Positions 18,814 to 28,652 of a stretch of DNA of 64,000 bases are shown in pieces. The stretch is from an uncultured Candidatus Binatia bacterium (lineage in GTDB: Bacteria; Desulfobacterota; Binatia; UBA9968; JAJDTQ01): NCBI GenBank assembly GCA_964291295.2, contig OZ219754.1, forward strand, positions 2,976,001 through 3,040,000, in the 5' to 3' direction. Under the pieces are notes generated by a model. It was not told the origin of the DNA, made no database searches, and saw nothing but the letters and a program-made list of their open reading frames with translations. The stretch's first letter is position 1. Each line of letters starts with the position of its first letter. The position numbers and the translations under genes were made by a program.

Positions 18814-19995
18814 ATGCCCGAACCACCGGCCGGAACCCGGGCCTTCACCCGTGCCCTCGAGAGCGACGCCGTCCTGGTTGCCATCGGATGGGACCAGTGG
18901 CTGGCGATGCCGCCGCCCCGCGGCGACGGCGCCTATGCCGTCACCGAGGTGGTCGAGCGCTACCGGCGCAACGGCTACGAGTGGGACATGCACGGCTCCC
19001 TCTACACGCCGGCGAAGGAGCGGGATGACCGGCCGGCTTTCGTGATGTTCCACGGCGGCGGGGCCAACGAGACGGTGATGGACCTCACCCCGGACGGCCG
19101 CCCGGGACTGGCCCGACGGCTGGCCGCCCAGGGCCACACGGTTCTGGCCTTGAGCTACCCGGGGCTGTGGCCGCCGGGCGGGCAATGGGACAGGCCCATC
19201 GCGGAACGGATGCCGGTGTACCTGCTGGACACCGCGACCCGCGAAGAGGAGCTCCGGGACCGGCTGCTCAAGTGCACGTTCAACGTGATTCTCCAGGGCG
19301 CCGGACAGCTGGTCGACCGGCACCTGCGGGGCCGGCGGCTCATCTCCTTCGGCCATTCCACCGGCGGCCCCATGGCCGCGCATCTGACCCGGTTCACCCG
19401 GGAGGCCGAGGTTGTCGGCGTGGCGGGCTGGGGCAGCGGCGGGCCGGACGGCTGGCGCCGGGAGTGGCGCGAGGCCACCGGGATGGAGTCCCCCAGACCC
19501 CACGGACTCACGCAGATCTCCCGGCGCACGGTGGAAGCGTACCGGAGGTCCCACTACGAGGACCTGCCGGAGCTGACCCCCTGGGGCCGGATGGAAGACT
19601 TCTTCCGGCTCACCGAAAGAACCCGGCCGCAGATCAAGATCGGCCTGCGCGACAACCAGCACAATGTGTCGCCCGAACGGCTGGAGGAATACGTCCGGGT
19701 CACCGGCCTGCCGCGGGAGGAGTACTTCGACCACCTGCAGGATCCGCCTTCGGAATGGCTCGCCGGCATCAAGGTCCTTCTCATGGTGGGCGAGAACGAC
19801 CACGGCCATTGGGTCGGCGGTGGGAGCCTGGGCGACAAGCGCGAGATGTACATGGCCGGGAAGTACCTCGAGGCCGGGGCGGTGGCGCACGTGGGACTGG
19901 TGCCGAAGTACACGCACATGGGCCACTGGGCGCTGCACAACGAGAATATCGCCTACGCCTGGCTGTGGGCCCTGGAGACCGGCTACTTCGACTAG
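18814..19995 (+). CDS. Alpha/beta-hydrolase-fold hypothetical protein
   Basis: FHGGG, GHSTGG nucleophile elbow, VGEND, C-terminal His (THMGH); GGAGG SD. Confidence 0.75.
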   Translation: MPEPPAGTRAFTRALESDAVLVAIGWDQWLAMPPPRGDGAYAVTEVVERYRRNGYEWDMHGSLYTPAKERDDRPAFVMFHGGGANETVMDLTPDGRPGLARRLAAQGHTVLALSYPGLWPPGGQWDRPIAERMPVYLLDTATREEELRDRLLKCTFNVILQGAGQLVDRHLRGRRLISFGHSTGGPMAAHLTRFTREAEVVGVAGWGSGGPDGWRREWREATGMESPRPHGLTQISRRTVEAYRRSHYEDLPELTPWGRMEDFFRLTERTRPQIKIGLRDNQHNVSPERLEEYVRVTGLPREEYFDHLQDPPSEWLAGIKVLLMVGENDHGHWVGGGSLGDKREMYMAGKYLEAGAVAHVGLVPKYTHMGHWALHNENIAYAWLWALETGYFD

Positions 19996-20027
19996 CGGCG
20001 CCGCGCCGAAACAACTCCGGAGGTTCC

Positions 20028-20882
20028 ATGCCCCTGCTCCGAGTCGACGATACCGAACTGTACTACGAGATCCACGGCGAGGGGCGGCCTTTGCTCTTTC
20101 TCAGCGAGACCCACTGCGACGGGGAGGTATGGAAGATCCATCAGGTGCCGGAGTTTTCCCGGGACCACCGGGTGATCCTCATGGACTACCGCGGCACCGG
20201 GCGGTCCGGCAAGCCGTCGATCCCCTGCACGACGCGGCTGTTCGCCGACGATGCGGTGGCGCTGCTGGATCACCTGAAGGTTTCCGAGACCATCGTCTGC
20301 GGCCATTCCATGGGCGGCCGGGTAGCACAGATCATGGCGCTGGACCATCCCTCGCGGGTCACGGCCCTGATCCTGGCATCCACCGGCGCGTCGTTCCCCG
20401 ACACCCGGGGGATACCCCTGAAGATCGCCACCGAAATGGTGGAGTGGGGATACGAGAAGTACGTCCGCGACCATTCCATCCTCGTGGGCTTCACCGAGGA
20501 ATTCGCCGCGCAACACCCGGACCGGGTGGAGCACTATCTGCGCGTGCGCATGGCCAACATGGGGCCGGTGGAGTTCTACTTTCGTCACCTGCTCGCCCGG
20601 CAGGGACACGACACCAGCGGCCGCCTGGGCGAAATCCGGACGCCCACCCTTATCCTCGTGGGAGAGGACGACCGCAACGTCACCAGCGACATGTCCCACC
20701 GCACGTCGTCGGATATCCTTGAGAAGGGCATACCGGGCGCCAGGCTGGTGGTGCTTGCGGGAGAGCGGCACAGCTATTTCTTTGCCAATCCGGACGCCGC
20801 CCACCGCGCCATGCGGGACTTTCTGGCGCAGGTCCGGGAAGGGGGCGCGCGGGTTCCTGATCCGTCCGGCGGCGGGCCGTGA
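20028..20882 (+). CDS. Alpha/beta hydrolase (enol-lactone hydrolase-like)
   Basis: LYYEIHGEG, DYRGTGRS, GHSMGG, PTLILVGEDD, GERH. Confidence 0.9.
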   Translation: MPLLRVDDTELYYEIHGEGRPLLFLSETHCDGEVWKIHQVPEFSRDHRVILMDYRGTGRSGKPSIPCTTRLFADDAVALLDHLKVSETIVCGHSMGGRVAQIMALDHPSRVTALILASTGASFPDTRGIPLKIATEMVEWGYEKYVRDHSILVGFTEEFAAQHPDRVEHYLRVRMANMGPVEFYFRHLLARQGHDTSGRLGEIRTPTLILVGEDDRNVTSDMSHRTSSDILEKGIPGARLVVLAGERHSYFFANPDAAHRAMRDFLAQVREGGARVPDPSGGGP

Positions 20883-21068
20883 AGGCCCTGCGGCGGAAAA
20901 AGCTGCCCGTCATCGTGAATTTTACGCCGTCGGGTCTTGACTCCGCACGATCAGAATTGTTGAATGCCGCCTTTGTACGGTCCTTCGGGAGGGAGACCTG
21001 CGGGATACACAGACTCGTGCCGGCTCGAAGCAAGGCTTCGTGCCATGCACGCCAGTGATGAGGATGCC

Positions 21069-21545
21069 ATGGCGCAACGCGTACGACCGAAAATCTTGAT
21101 TGCGGACAGCTACAAGAGCCACACCGAAACGCTGACGGGATATCTGAAGGAACTCACGCCCGCCATCGAAGTGTTCAGCGCGGCGGAGGGCCGCGGTGCC
21201 TTGTCCGAAGCCGCCGCGCGGGACATCCACCTGTTTCTTGTCAACGGCTTTCTCAAGGGTCCGCTGAACGGTTTCGATCTCTGCCGGGGCATCCGCCAGC
21301 TGGACGCCCACCAGCGGACGCCGATCATACTGCTGCTCTCGGGCCATCTCATGTCCTATCATCAAAGGGGCCTCAACGCGGGCGCCGACCTGTTCCTGCA
21401 CCAACCGGTGGAAAAACAGGAGTTGTGGCGGATGGTGGTGCTGCTGCTGAACGAGTTTTCCCGGAGGCGGAAACAGGACAAGGCGGTGGACACCAAGAAC
21501 ACGGACCTCATGGAGATCAAGCCCTTCGTGCGCACCCTGCACTGA
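21069..21545 (+). CDS. Single-domain atypical response regulator (pseudo-receiver)
   Basis: KILIAD..NGFDLCRGIR..TPIILL..GLNAGADLFL receiver pattern; phospho-Asp site is N, conserved Lys is Q. Confidence 0.8.
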   Translation: MAQRVRPKILIADSYKSHTETLTGYLKELTPAIEVFSAAEGRGALSEAAARDIHLFLVNGFLKGPLNGFDLCRGIRQLDAHQRTPIILLLSGHLMSYHQRGLNAGADLFLHQPVEKQELWRMVVLLLNEFSRRRKQDKAVDTKNTDLMEIKPFVRTLH

Positions 21546-21575
21546 CCGGTCCGGTCGGTCCGCGCACGGACGCGG

Positions 21576-22514
21576 CTACAGCCCCACGATCTCGTTGACC
21601 TCGGCCAGATCCGACGCCGTCAACTCCCATTCCGCCGCCTTGGCGTTGTCCTGGAACTGACTCAGGCGCGTGGCGCCGGAAATGACCGAACAGACCCGCG
21701 GCTGCGCCAGCAACCAGCACTGCGCCAGTTCGTGCACCCCCCGTCCCCGGGCCTCGGCCCACGCCGCCAGGCACTCCACGATGTCGTGGTTGGCATCGGT
21801 CATGTACTGCCGGACATAGTCATGACTCTCGCCGCGGGAGCCGGGTGGCGGCGGCTGCCCCTTGACGTACTTGCCGGTCAGGAAGCCTCCCGCCAACGGG
21901 AAATAGGGAACGAAGCCAACGCCGTGGGCGCGGCAATAGGGCAGCACCTCCCGCTCCACCTCCCTTTCCAGCATATGGTAGTGGGATTGCATCACCGCAA
22001 AGGCGGTCCAGCCGCGAAACTCGGCCAGGACGTTGGCGTGCGCCAGTTGCCACGCGGCAAAGTCCGAGCCGCCGATGTAGCGGACCTTCCCCTGCCGGAT
22101 GAGGTCGTCCAGCGCCCGCAGGGTTTCCTGGATCGGCGTCGCGTCGTCCCACCGGTGAATGTAGTAGACGTCGATATGGTCGCTCTGAAGCCGCCGGAGA
22201 CTCCCATCCACCGCGTTCATGAGATGATAGCGTGACGTGCCCCGGTCATTGCTGCCCGGGCCGGTGGGAAAGAAGAACTTGGTGGCCACCACGAAGCGGT
22301 CCCGGCGCCCCTTGAGAGCATTGCCCAAGGTTTCCTCGGAGCGGCCCCCCTGGTAGCTGTTGGAGGTGTCGATGAAGTTGATGCCGAGATCCAGGGCGGC
22401 GTCGATGATGGCGGTCACCTGATCCTGCGGCAACGCCGGCGAGCCGAACCGGTTGGTTCCCAGACCGATGGCGGAAACGCGAACACCAGACGATCCAAGC
22501 TGGCGATACTGCAT
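21576..22514 (-). CDS. Aldo/keto reductase
   Basis: YRQLGSSGVRVSAIGLG, GINFIDTSNSY, VVATK, SLRRLQSDHIDVYYIHRWD, PLAGGFLTGKY. Confidence 0.95.
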   Translation of the reverse strand: MQYRQLGSSGVRVSAIGLGTNRFGSPALPQDQVTAIIDAALDLGINFIDTSNSYQGGRSEETLGNALKGRRDRFVVATKFFFPTGPGSNDRGTSRYHLMNAVDGSLRRLQSDHIDVYYIHRWDDATPIQETLRALDDLIRQGKVRYIGGSDFAAWQLAHANVLAEFRGWTAFAVMQSHYHMLEREVEREVLPYCRAHGVGFVPYFPLAGGFLTGKYVKGQPPPPGSRGESHDYVRQYMTDANHDIVECLAAWAEARGRGVHELAQCWLLAQPRVCSVISGATRLSQFQDNAKAAEWELTASDLAEVNEIVGL

Positions 22515-22874
22515 GGACAATCCTCCCGTCGACCCCGGTGTGCGGTTCCGTCGATCCGCATGAGAGCCTGTGGATTCGACGGCTCGGCAAAGTTACCAGA
22601 TCGGTACCGGATGCGCGACCGGATACCGGAGCACCCCTGGAACAGTTTCCGTGGCCGCCGGCGTTGCCCTCCGATGGCGCCTCCTCAAGGCCGAATCCGG
22701 CACGCCGGCAATGAAATCGACTTCCCTTACGGGCTCCCGGCGTCGGCTCCCCATGGACCGCCGGCGTCGCCCCCTCGCCGGCCACGAGCCCGGCACGGGC
22801 GCCCGGCCGATTTGACCGGTTCGGCGCACGGGTGCTAGTTTCCAGCCCTCGACAACGCAACCCCGGAGGTGGTC

Positions 22875-23639
22875 ATGCAGTGGGACATGGAGGGTGACAG
22901 CGCATTCGTGACCGGCGGCGGCAGTGGCATCGGCCAGGCCATCGCCCTCAAGCTCGGTGCGGCGGGAGTCCGGGTGGCGGTAGCCGACGTGGACGCGGCC
23001 ACGGCGCGCGGCACCGCCTCCCGCATCACCGGGGATGGCGGCACCGCCCTGCCCCTGGAACTGGACGTCACCCGCTCGGACCAGGTGAATCACGCCGTCG
23101 CCCGGGCTCACGCCGAGTTCGGCGGTCTCGCCTACCTCATGAACGTGGCCGGCATCTCGCAGCAGAAGCCGGTGCACGAGATAAGCGACCCGGACTGGGC
23201 GCGCATGATCGACGTGCACCTGAACGGCACCTTCTACTGCATCCGCGCGGTTCTGCCGTTGATGATGGAAGCGGGATTCGGGGTCATCGCGAGCCTGTCG
23301 TCCATGCACGGCCTCAAGGGCCAGGAGCAGGCATCCCACTACTCCGCCGCCAAGGCCGGCATCGCCGCCCTTACCAAGGCGGCGGCCAGGGAGGTGGCCG
23401 GTCACGGCATCCGCATCAACGCGCTGGCGCCGGGGCCCATCGACACACCCATGTGGCGCCGGGGTCTCACCGGCGAGGCCCTGGAGCGGCGCAAGTCGGA
23501 CCGTTCCAGGATCGTGCCCATGGGGCGGCTCGGCGAAGCCGGGGAGGTGGCCGACCTGGCGATGTTTCTGCTGAGTTCCGCCAGCACCTACATGACCGGC
23601 CAGATCGTCGGGGTGAACGGCGGCGAATTGATGCCGTGA
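22875..23639 (+). CDS. SDR-family oxidoreductase (FabG-like)
   Basis: TGGGSGIG, NVAGI, YSAAK, NALAPGPIDT. Confidence 0.93.
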   Translation: MQWDMEGDSAFVTGGGSGIGQAIALKLGAAGVRVAVADVDAATARGTASRITGDGGTALPLELDVTRSDQVNHAVARAHAEFGGLAYLMNVAGISQQKPVHEISDPDWARMIDVHLNGTFYCIRAVLPLMMEAGFGVIASLSSMHGLKGQEQASHYSAAKAGIAALTKAAAREVAGHGIRINALAPGPIDTPMWRRGLTGEALERRKSDRSRIVPMGRLGEAGEVADLAMFLLSSASTYMTGQIVGVNGGELMP

Positions 23640-23702
23640 GGCGGCGCCCGGGGCCGCCCCGCGGAACGGGCGGTGCGGCTGGACTGCCTCGCGCGCCCGC
23701 CG

Positions 23703-24752
23703 CTAACCACCCCGGAACAGCGGCAACTGGCCGGTCCCGGCCCGAAACGATGCGGTCGACAGGTTCCGGCTCCGGCGCGGCAGCGCCAGCTTCCGGCATG
23801 TGGCGTGAAACAGCGCCTCCACCTGCCGGGCGAAGATCCCCTGCCCTTTCATGCGGGTCTTGAAATCCGAGTCGTTGAGCTTGCCGCCGCGAATTTCCCG
23901 GACGCGGTTCAACACCTTCTCCTTGCGATCCGGAAAGTGCTCTTCCAGCCATGTCTTGAACAGCCCGCTGACGCCCAGCGGCAGACGCAGGAGCGAGTAG
24001 CCGGCGCACCCGGCTCCGGCCTCGGCCGCCGCCGCCAGGATCGCCGGCATCTCGTGATCCGTCAGCGCCGGGACCACCGGCGCCACCAGCACCCCCACCG
24101 GGATACCCGCCGCACTCAGGGCGCGAATCGCGTCGAGGCGCCGGTGCGGCTGCGAGGTCCGCGGCTCCATGCGGCCGCAGAGGTCCCCGTCCAGCGTCGT
24201 CACCGAGATGAACACCATCGCCGCATCGTGGGCCGCCAACTCCCGCAAGAGGTCCACATCCCTGGTCACCAGATGGTTCTTGGTGATGATGGCCACGGGG
24301 TTGCGGAATGCTGCGAACACCTTCAGACAGCCGCGGACAAGCTCCAGCCGGCGCTCCACCGGCTGGTACGGATCGGTCACGCCGCACAGGGCCACCACCT
24401 GGGGATTCCAGCGGGACGACGACAGCTCCTTTCTCAGTAGCTCCGGCGCCTCCTCCTTCACCAGGATGCGGGACTCGAAGTCGAGCCCGGCGGAGAAGCC
24501 CAGGTACTCGTGGGTGGGCCGGGCGTAGCAGTAGATGCAGCCGTGTTCGCAGCCTCGGTACGGATTGACGCTGGCGTCGAAACCCACGTCGGGACTGTCG
24601 TTGTAGGCGATGATGGAGCGGGAGCGGTCCTTGAAGAACCGCGTGGAGGGTCCCGCGGGAGCGCCGTCCGGGACAAAGGCAAAAGGTTCGAAACGGTTAC
24701 GGGGGTTGTGGCTGCTCCCCCGACCGGCGATGCCGGTCTTCGGTTCACTCAT
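23703..24752 (-). CDS. PA0069-family radical SAM protein (SplB-like)
   Basis: NPYRGCEHGCIYCYARPTHEYLGFSAGLDFE, TDPYQPVE, MEPRT. Confidence 0.93.
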   Translation of the reverse strand: MSEPKTGIAGRGSSHNPRNRFEPFAFVPDGAPAGPSTRFFKDRSRSIIAYNDSPDVGFDASVNPYRGCEHGCIYCYARPTHEYLGFSAGLDFESRILVKEEAPELLRKELSSSRWNPQVVALCGVTDPYQPVERRLELVRGCLKVFAAFRNPVAIITKNHLVTRDVDLLRELAAHDAAMVFISVTTLDGDLCGRMEPRTSQPHRRLDAIRALSAAGIPVGVLVAPVVPALTDHEMPAILAAAAEAGAGCAGYSLLRLPLGVSGLFKTWLEEHFPDRKEKVLNRVREIRGGKLNDSDFKTRMKGQGIFARQVEALFHATCRKLALPRRSRNLSTASFRAGTGQLPLFRGG

Positions 24753-24776
24753 GGTCCGGGCCGGGTGCCTCCCCGG

Positions 24777-25391
24777 TCAGCGCGCGGCGTCCCGGATGCG
24801 CCACTGCTTGAACCTCGCGTCGGTGGACGCGCAGGTCGCGAGCACGAGACTGCGAGACATGAACGGCCCGGCCGACCGGCTTTCCAGGCCCGCCGCCAGA
24901 CAGAGCGCCCGATGGCCACCCGGCCGGAACTCCATCGTCGCGCCGTCGTAGTCGAACACCTGGCCGGGGGCGTCCTTCGCGCAATCCACCAAGCCCAGGG
25001 AGACCCCGGCGGCGGCCGGTGCCACCAGCGCGGCACACTTCCCGGAAAAGGCGACCGACGCGATCCGCCGCGCCGCCCTGTCGTAGAGGAACTGTACGTC
25101 ACCGCCCCGCGGCTTGCACGAGTGTGCATGCAACCGCTCGCCGAACCCTCGTCCGACGGTATCGATGCACCACCCCAGCCGGTCCGGCTCGTCAAGATTG
25201 TCCGCCAGGTGGATTACCGGCGCCGGGGTCTGCAACTCCGGCGGTGCCGGGTGCGCCGCCACCGGTATCCACAACAGCAGGAGAACCATCCACGAGGACA
25301 CCTTGACGACTGGCGCGACCGCATCCGGAGCGCCGGGGACGCCCGTACACTCATCCCGGGAACTGGCGGTGGGCATGTTCATCCTCTCCAT
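24777..25391 (-). CDS. Secreted ricin-type beta-trefoil (lectin-like) protein; start uncertain
   Basis: Hydrophobic signal-like stretch; LGWCID..HSCK..QF, CAA..DC..QVF, LCL..TC..QW repeats. Confidence 0.7.
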   Translation of the reverse strand: MERMNMPTASSRDECTGVPGAPDAVAPVVKVSSWMVLLLLWIPVAAHPAPPELQTPAPVIHLADNLDEPDRLGWCIDTVGRGFGERLHAHSCKPRGGDVQFLYDRAARRIASVAFSGKCAALVAPAAAGVSLGLVDCAKDAPGQVFDYDGATMEFRPGGHRALCLAAGLESRSAGPFMSRSLVLATCASTDARFKQWRIRDAAR

Positions 25392-25641
25392 CTCCTGTCC
25401 TCCTGTCTCGTGTCCCGCTTCCACAAGACACGCAAGGAACGGGGCCGCCAGAGCGGCAGCTGGCGGACAACTCCGCGCAGATGGCGCCGGCGGCGAGTCC
25501 GGGCGGTCAGAACCTGCCGCACCCCCGGTCCCGCGGCCGGCAGCGGCGGCTTCCGGGCCAGCCCCCTTCCCCGGGGGAGAGAGGGCTGGCGGACCACGAT
25601 CCCCGTCCTCGCCGCCCGGCGAGATCGTTGCCCGGGAGCCA

Positions 25642-25682
25642 CGCATCGAACCGCCGCGTATCGAACCCCGCGTATCGAACCG
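25642..25682. repeat. Short imperfect direct repeat (CG)CGTATCGAACC x3
   Basis: cgcatcgaacc / cgcgtatcgaacc / cgcgtatcgaacc in intergenic DNA. Confidence 0.6.
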
Positions 25683-25777
25683 TTGGCGGCGCATCGGCGG
25701 GACGGCATGGAGAACGGCGGCGGGACGGCCGCGGGGCCACGAGGCTCCGTGGCCGTGGTTCGACGATCGCGGCAGTG

Positions 25778-26011
25778 TCAGAGACCGAGCAGCGAGTCGA
25801 TCCGCTCCTGGTCGAAGCCGACGACCGCCTCCCCGTCAATGATGACAACGGGGGTGCTCTGAAACCCCCGCGCCAAGAGATCCTTCAGAGCCTCCTGGTT
25901 CTCGCGAATGTTCTTCTCCACGAAATCGACGCCTTTTTGAGAAAGATACTCCTTCTCTCGATGACAAGGCGGTCAACCGGGCTGGGTGAACAGGATGATG
26001 GAATCGGCCAT
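25778..26011 (-). CDS. Glutaredoxin/NrdH-like selenoprotein (77 aa, UPPC active site)
   Basis: MADSIILFTQPG-TGA(25973-25975)-PPCHREKEYLSQKGVDFVEKNIRENQEALKDLLARGFQSTPVVIIDGEAVVGFDQERIDSLLGL; GGAGG SD; TGA sits at the first Cys of CxxC. Confidence 0.88.
25930..25972 (-). promoter_or_regulatory. Bacterial SECIS-like hairpin 3' of the Grx UGA
   Basis: Lower stem CGCCUU/AAGGCG; upper stem GAGAAGG/CUUUCUC; loop AGUAU 22 nt after UGA. Confidence 0.75.
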
Positions 26012-26146
26012 GTGTACCTCCGTTTCGGTTTCTCATAGCATCCGGCGGAAGGTTTCTCAAAGCGCGTCTTGACACCACTGCCTCACTTCTGTAGCGAAGG
26101 GTCTCGGCGTCGACGACGCCGACAAAACAAGGACGGGGGGACATCC

Positions 26147-27187
26147 ATGACACGCAGGCGCATATCCTTTCTGGCCGCGGCCGCCATCTTGGGCACCGGG
26201 CTTCTGACGGCTCCCGGGGCCCGCGCCGATGACTTCTACAAGGGCAAGACGTTCCGCTTCATTGTCGGGTTCTCGCCCGGCGGCGGCTACGACACCTACA
26301 CGCGGCTGGTGGCCCGCTACTTCGGCAAGTACGTTCCCGGCAATCCCACCACGCTGGTGCAGAACATGACCGGAGCCGGCAGCCTGATCTCGGCCAACTA
26401 CATCGGCCGCCGGGCCAGGCCGGACGGTCTCACCGGCGCGGTCTTCAACAACTCCCTGATCGTGCAGAAGGCATTGGGCGACAAGAAGGCCGGGGCGGTG
26501 CCGTTCGAGAAGATGGAGTGGGTGGGCGCCCCCAGCAAGGGCGAGATCGTGTGCATGATGATGGCCTTCACCGGCAAGACGACGTGGAAGGACGTCATCC
26601 AGTCCAGGGAGCCCATCAAGATGGGCGCCACCCGGGCGGGTTCCACCGGCTACGACATCCCGATGATCCTGAACAGGAGCATGGACACCAACTTCGATAT
26701 CATCAGCGGATACCGCGGAACGGCCACCATACGGCTGGCGCTGGAGAGCCGCGAGGTGGACGGCTTCTGCTCCCAGTGGGAGTCCATGCGGGTCACCGCC
26801 CGAAGCATGCTGGACGCCGCGGGCGGACAGAAGCTCGTGCCCTTCATCGTCGACAGCCACAGCTATCCCGATCCGGAGATCCAGGGTCTGACGCTGTTCA
26901 AGGATGTCCTCAACAAGGAAGGCCTCCAGATCTACAACTCGTGGGCGTCCCAGATGGCGTTCCAGCGCATGCTGGCGCTGCCGCCGGGCACCCCCGGGGA
27001 CCGGCTGGAAATCCTGCGGAAAGCCTACGACGCGACCCTGAAGGATCCCGACCTGCTGGCCGAGGCCAGGAAGGCCAAGCTCGTGGTCACCCACGTCCCG
27101 GGACCGGAGGTGGAGCGGTTCGTGAACGGGATCCTCGGCATGCCGCAACACGTCAAGGAGAGCCTCTCCTTTCTGACAAGGAAATAA
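26147..27187 (+). CDS. Tripartite tricarboxylate transporter substrate-binding protein (TctC/Bug family)
   Basis: Signal peptide; FYKGKTFRFIVGFSPGGGYDTYTRLVA, QNMTGAGSL, PDGLT, LPPGTP. Confidence 0.9.
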   Translation: MTRRRISFLAAAAILGTGLLTAPGARADDFYKGKTFRFIVGFSPGGGYDTYTRLVARYFGKYVPGNPTTLVQNMTGAGSLISANYIGRRARPDGLTGAVFNNSLIVQKALGDKKAGAVPFEKMEWVGAPSKGEIVCMMMAFTGKTTWKDVIQSREPIKMGATRAGSTGYDIPMILNRSMDTNFDIISGYRGTATIRLALESREVDGFCSQWESMRVTARSMLDAAGGQKLVPFIVDSHSYPDPEIQGLTLFKDVLNKEGLQIYNSWASQMAFQRMLALPPGTPGDRLEILRKAYDATLKDPDLLAEARKAKLVVTHVPGPEVERFVNGILGMPQHVKESLSFLTRK

Positions 27188-27191
27188 CGGT

Positions 27192-27217
27192 CGCCGCTCC
27201 CCGGAGAGGGAGCGGCG
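27192..27217. terminator. GC-rich hairpin between convergent genes
   Basis: Perfect 10-bp stem CGCCGCTCCC/GGGAGCGGCG, 6-nt loop. Confidence 0.65.
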
Positions 27218-27218
27218 C

Positions 27219-28652
27219 TTACGGCTCCTCTCCATCCCTTGCCCGGGACTGCCAGGCCGCGGTCAGTTCCCCCTTCAGCACCTTCCCGGTGGCGCCCTTG
27301 GGCAGCTGCGCCAGGAAGCGGATGTGCCGCGGGTACTTGAACCGGGCGAGCCGCTCCCTGCAATGGGCCGCCATGACCTCCGGGCCAGCCCTCGCCCCCG
27401 GCTTCAGGACCACGAAGGCGGCCACCTCCTCGCCGAGATCGGCATGGGGTACGCCCACCACCGCTGCCTCGGCGACAGCCGGGTGTGCCGCCAGCACCGC
27501 CTCCACCTCCTGAGGGAAGACCGAGTAACCGCCCCGGAGGATACGCTCCCGCAAGCGGCCGGTGATCTCCACGAATCCGCGGCCGGAGATGCGGGCCAGG
27601 TCGCCAGTGCGGAACCAGCCGTCCTTCAACACTGGTGCGGGGTCGTTCCAGTAGCCCTGGAGCGCTGCCGGCGTCCTGATCCACAGCTCCCCCGAACCCG
27701 CCTCCACCCCCGACGCTCCGGCCCCTTCGCCCACAACTCGCGCCTCGACGCCCGGAACCGCCCGTCCGATGAACCGCGGATGGTCGGCCTCTTCCCGGGC
27801 CAGGTACGAGATGGGCCGAAAGAGTTCGGTCATGCCGTATCCCCGGAGAATGCGATGGCCGGCGCGCAGGCGCCATTCCGCCGCCAGTTCCCACGGACAC
27901 GGCGCGGCTCCCGACACCGAGAGGCGGAGCGGCGAAAGGTCCGCGGCGGCAAAGGCCGGCGACGCCAGCAGGCGCTGGAACATGGTGGCGACGCCGAGGA
28001 ACAGGCTGACGCGGTGTTGCCGCACGGCGTCGAGGACCGCCTCCGGCGTGAATCCGTCAAGCAGCACCACCGTGGCGCCCCGCAGCAGGGGCGCCAGCAG
28101 CGAGCCGTGCATGCCGAAGGAATGCGGCAGGGGCAGCGCCGACAGGACCACATCGGCGGAGGCCAGCGCCATCATGTCGGCCCAGGAGCCGTCCGCGAAG
28201 GTCAGCGCGGCATGCGTGAACACGGCGCCCTTGGGCTTGCCGGTGCTGCCGGAACTGTAGCCGACCAGAGCCGGCGCCGCACACGCCGCGGGCGCGTTCC
28301 AGCCACCCGCCCGGGTCTCCACACGCCGGAGAGTGGCGGCCGGATCGACGTCGGCGAGGATGGCTTCCTGCTCTTCGGGCTTGAGCAGCGGGCTCAACGG
28401 CACGGCCACCGCGCCGAGCTTCCAGATGCCCAGCAACGCCACCGCGAAGGTCCAGTGGTTGGGCAGCACCACCGCGACCCGATCGCCGGGCCCGACGCCG
28501 TCGGCGGCCAACCGCCGGGCGAGTCCCGCGGCCCGGGCATGAAGCTCGCCGTAGCTGAGAGTGGCGTCTTCGCAGATCAGCGCCGGCTTGGCGGGGTGCC
28601 GGCCCGCGGTCTCCTCCAGCAGGCGGACGAAGTTCGTCGCGGGTGATCTCAA
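27219..28652 (-). CDS. AMP-binding acyl-CoA synthetase
   Basis: YSSGSTGKPKG, GYGMTE, WFRTGDL, PKGATGKVLK. Confidence 0.92.
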   Translation of the reverse strand: MRSPATNFVRLLEETAGRHPAKPALICEDATLSYGELHARAAGLARRLAADGVGPGDRVAVVLPNHWTFAVALLGIWKLGAVAVPLSPLLKPEEQEAILADVDPAATLRRVETRAGGWNAPAACAAPALVGYSSGSTGKPKGAVFTHAALTFADGSWADMMALASADVVLSALPLPHSFGMHGSLLAPLLRGATVVLLDGFTPEAVLDAVRQHRVSLFLGVATMFQRLLASPAFAAADLSPLRLSVSGAAPCPWELAAEWRLRAGHRILRGYGMTELFRPISYLAREEADHPRFIGRAVPGVEARVVGEGAGASGVEAGSGELWIRTPAALQGYWNDPAPVLKDGWFRTGDLARISGRGFVEITGRLRERILRGGYSVFPQEVEAVLAAHPAVAEAAVVGVPHADLGEEVAAFVVLKPGARAGPEVMAAHCRERLARFKYPRHIRFLAQLPKGATGKVLKGELTAAWQSRARDGEEP

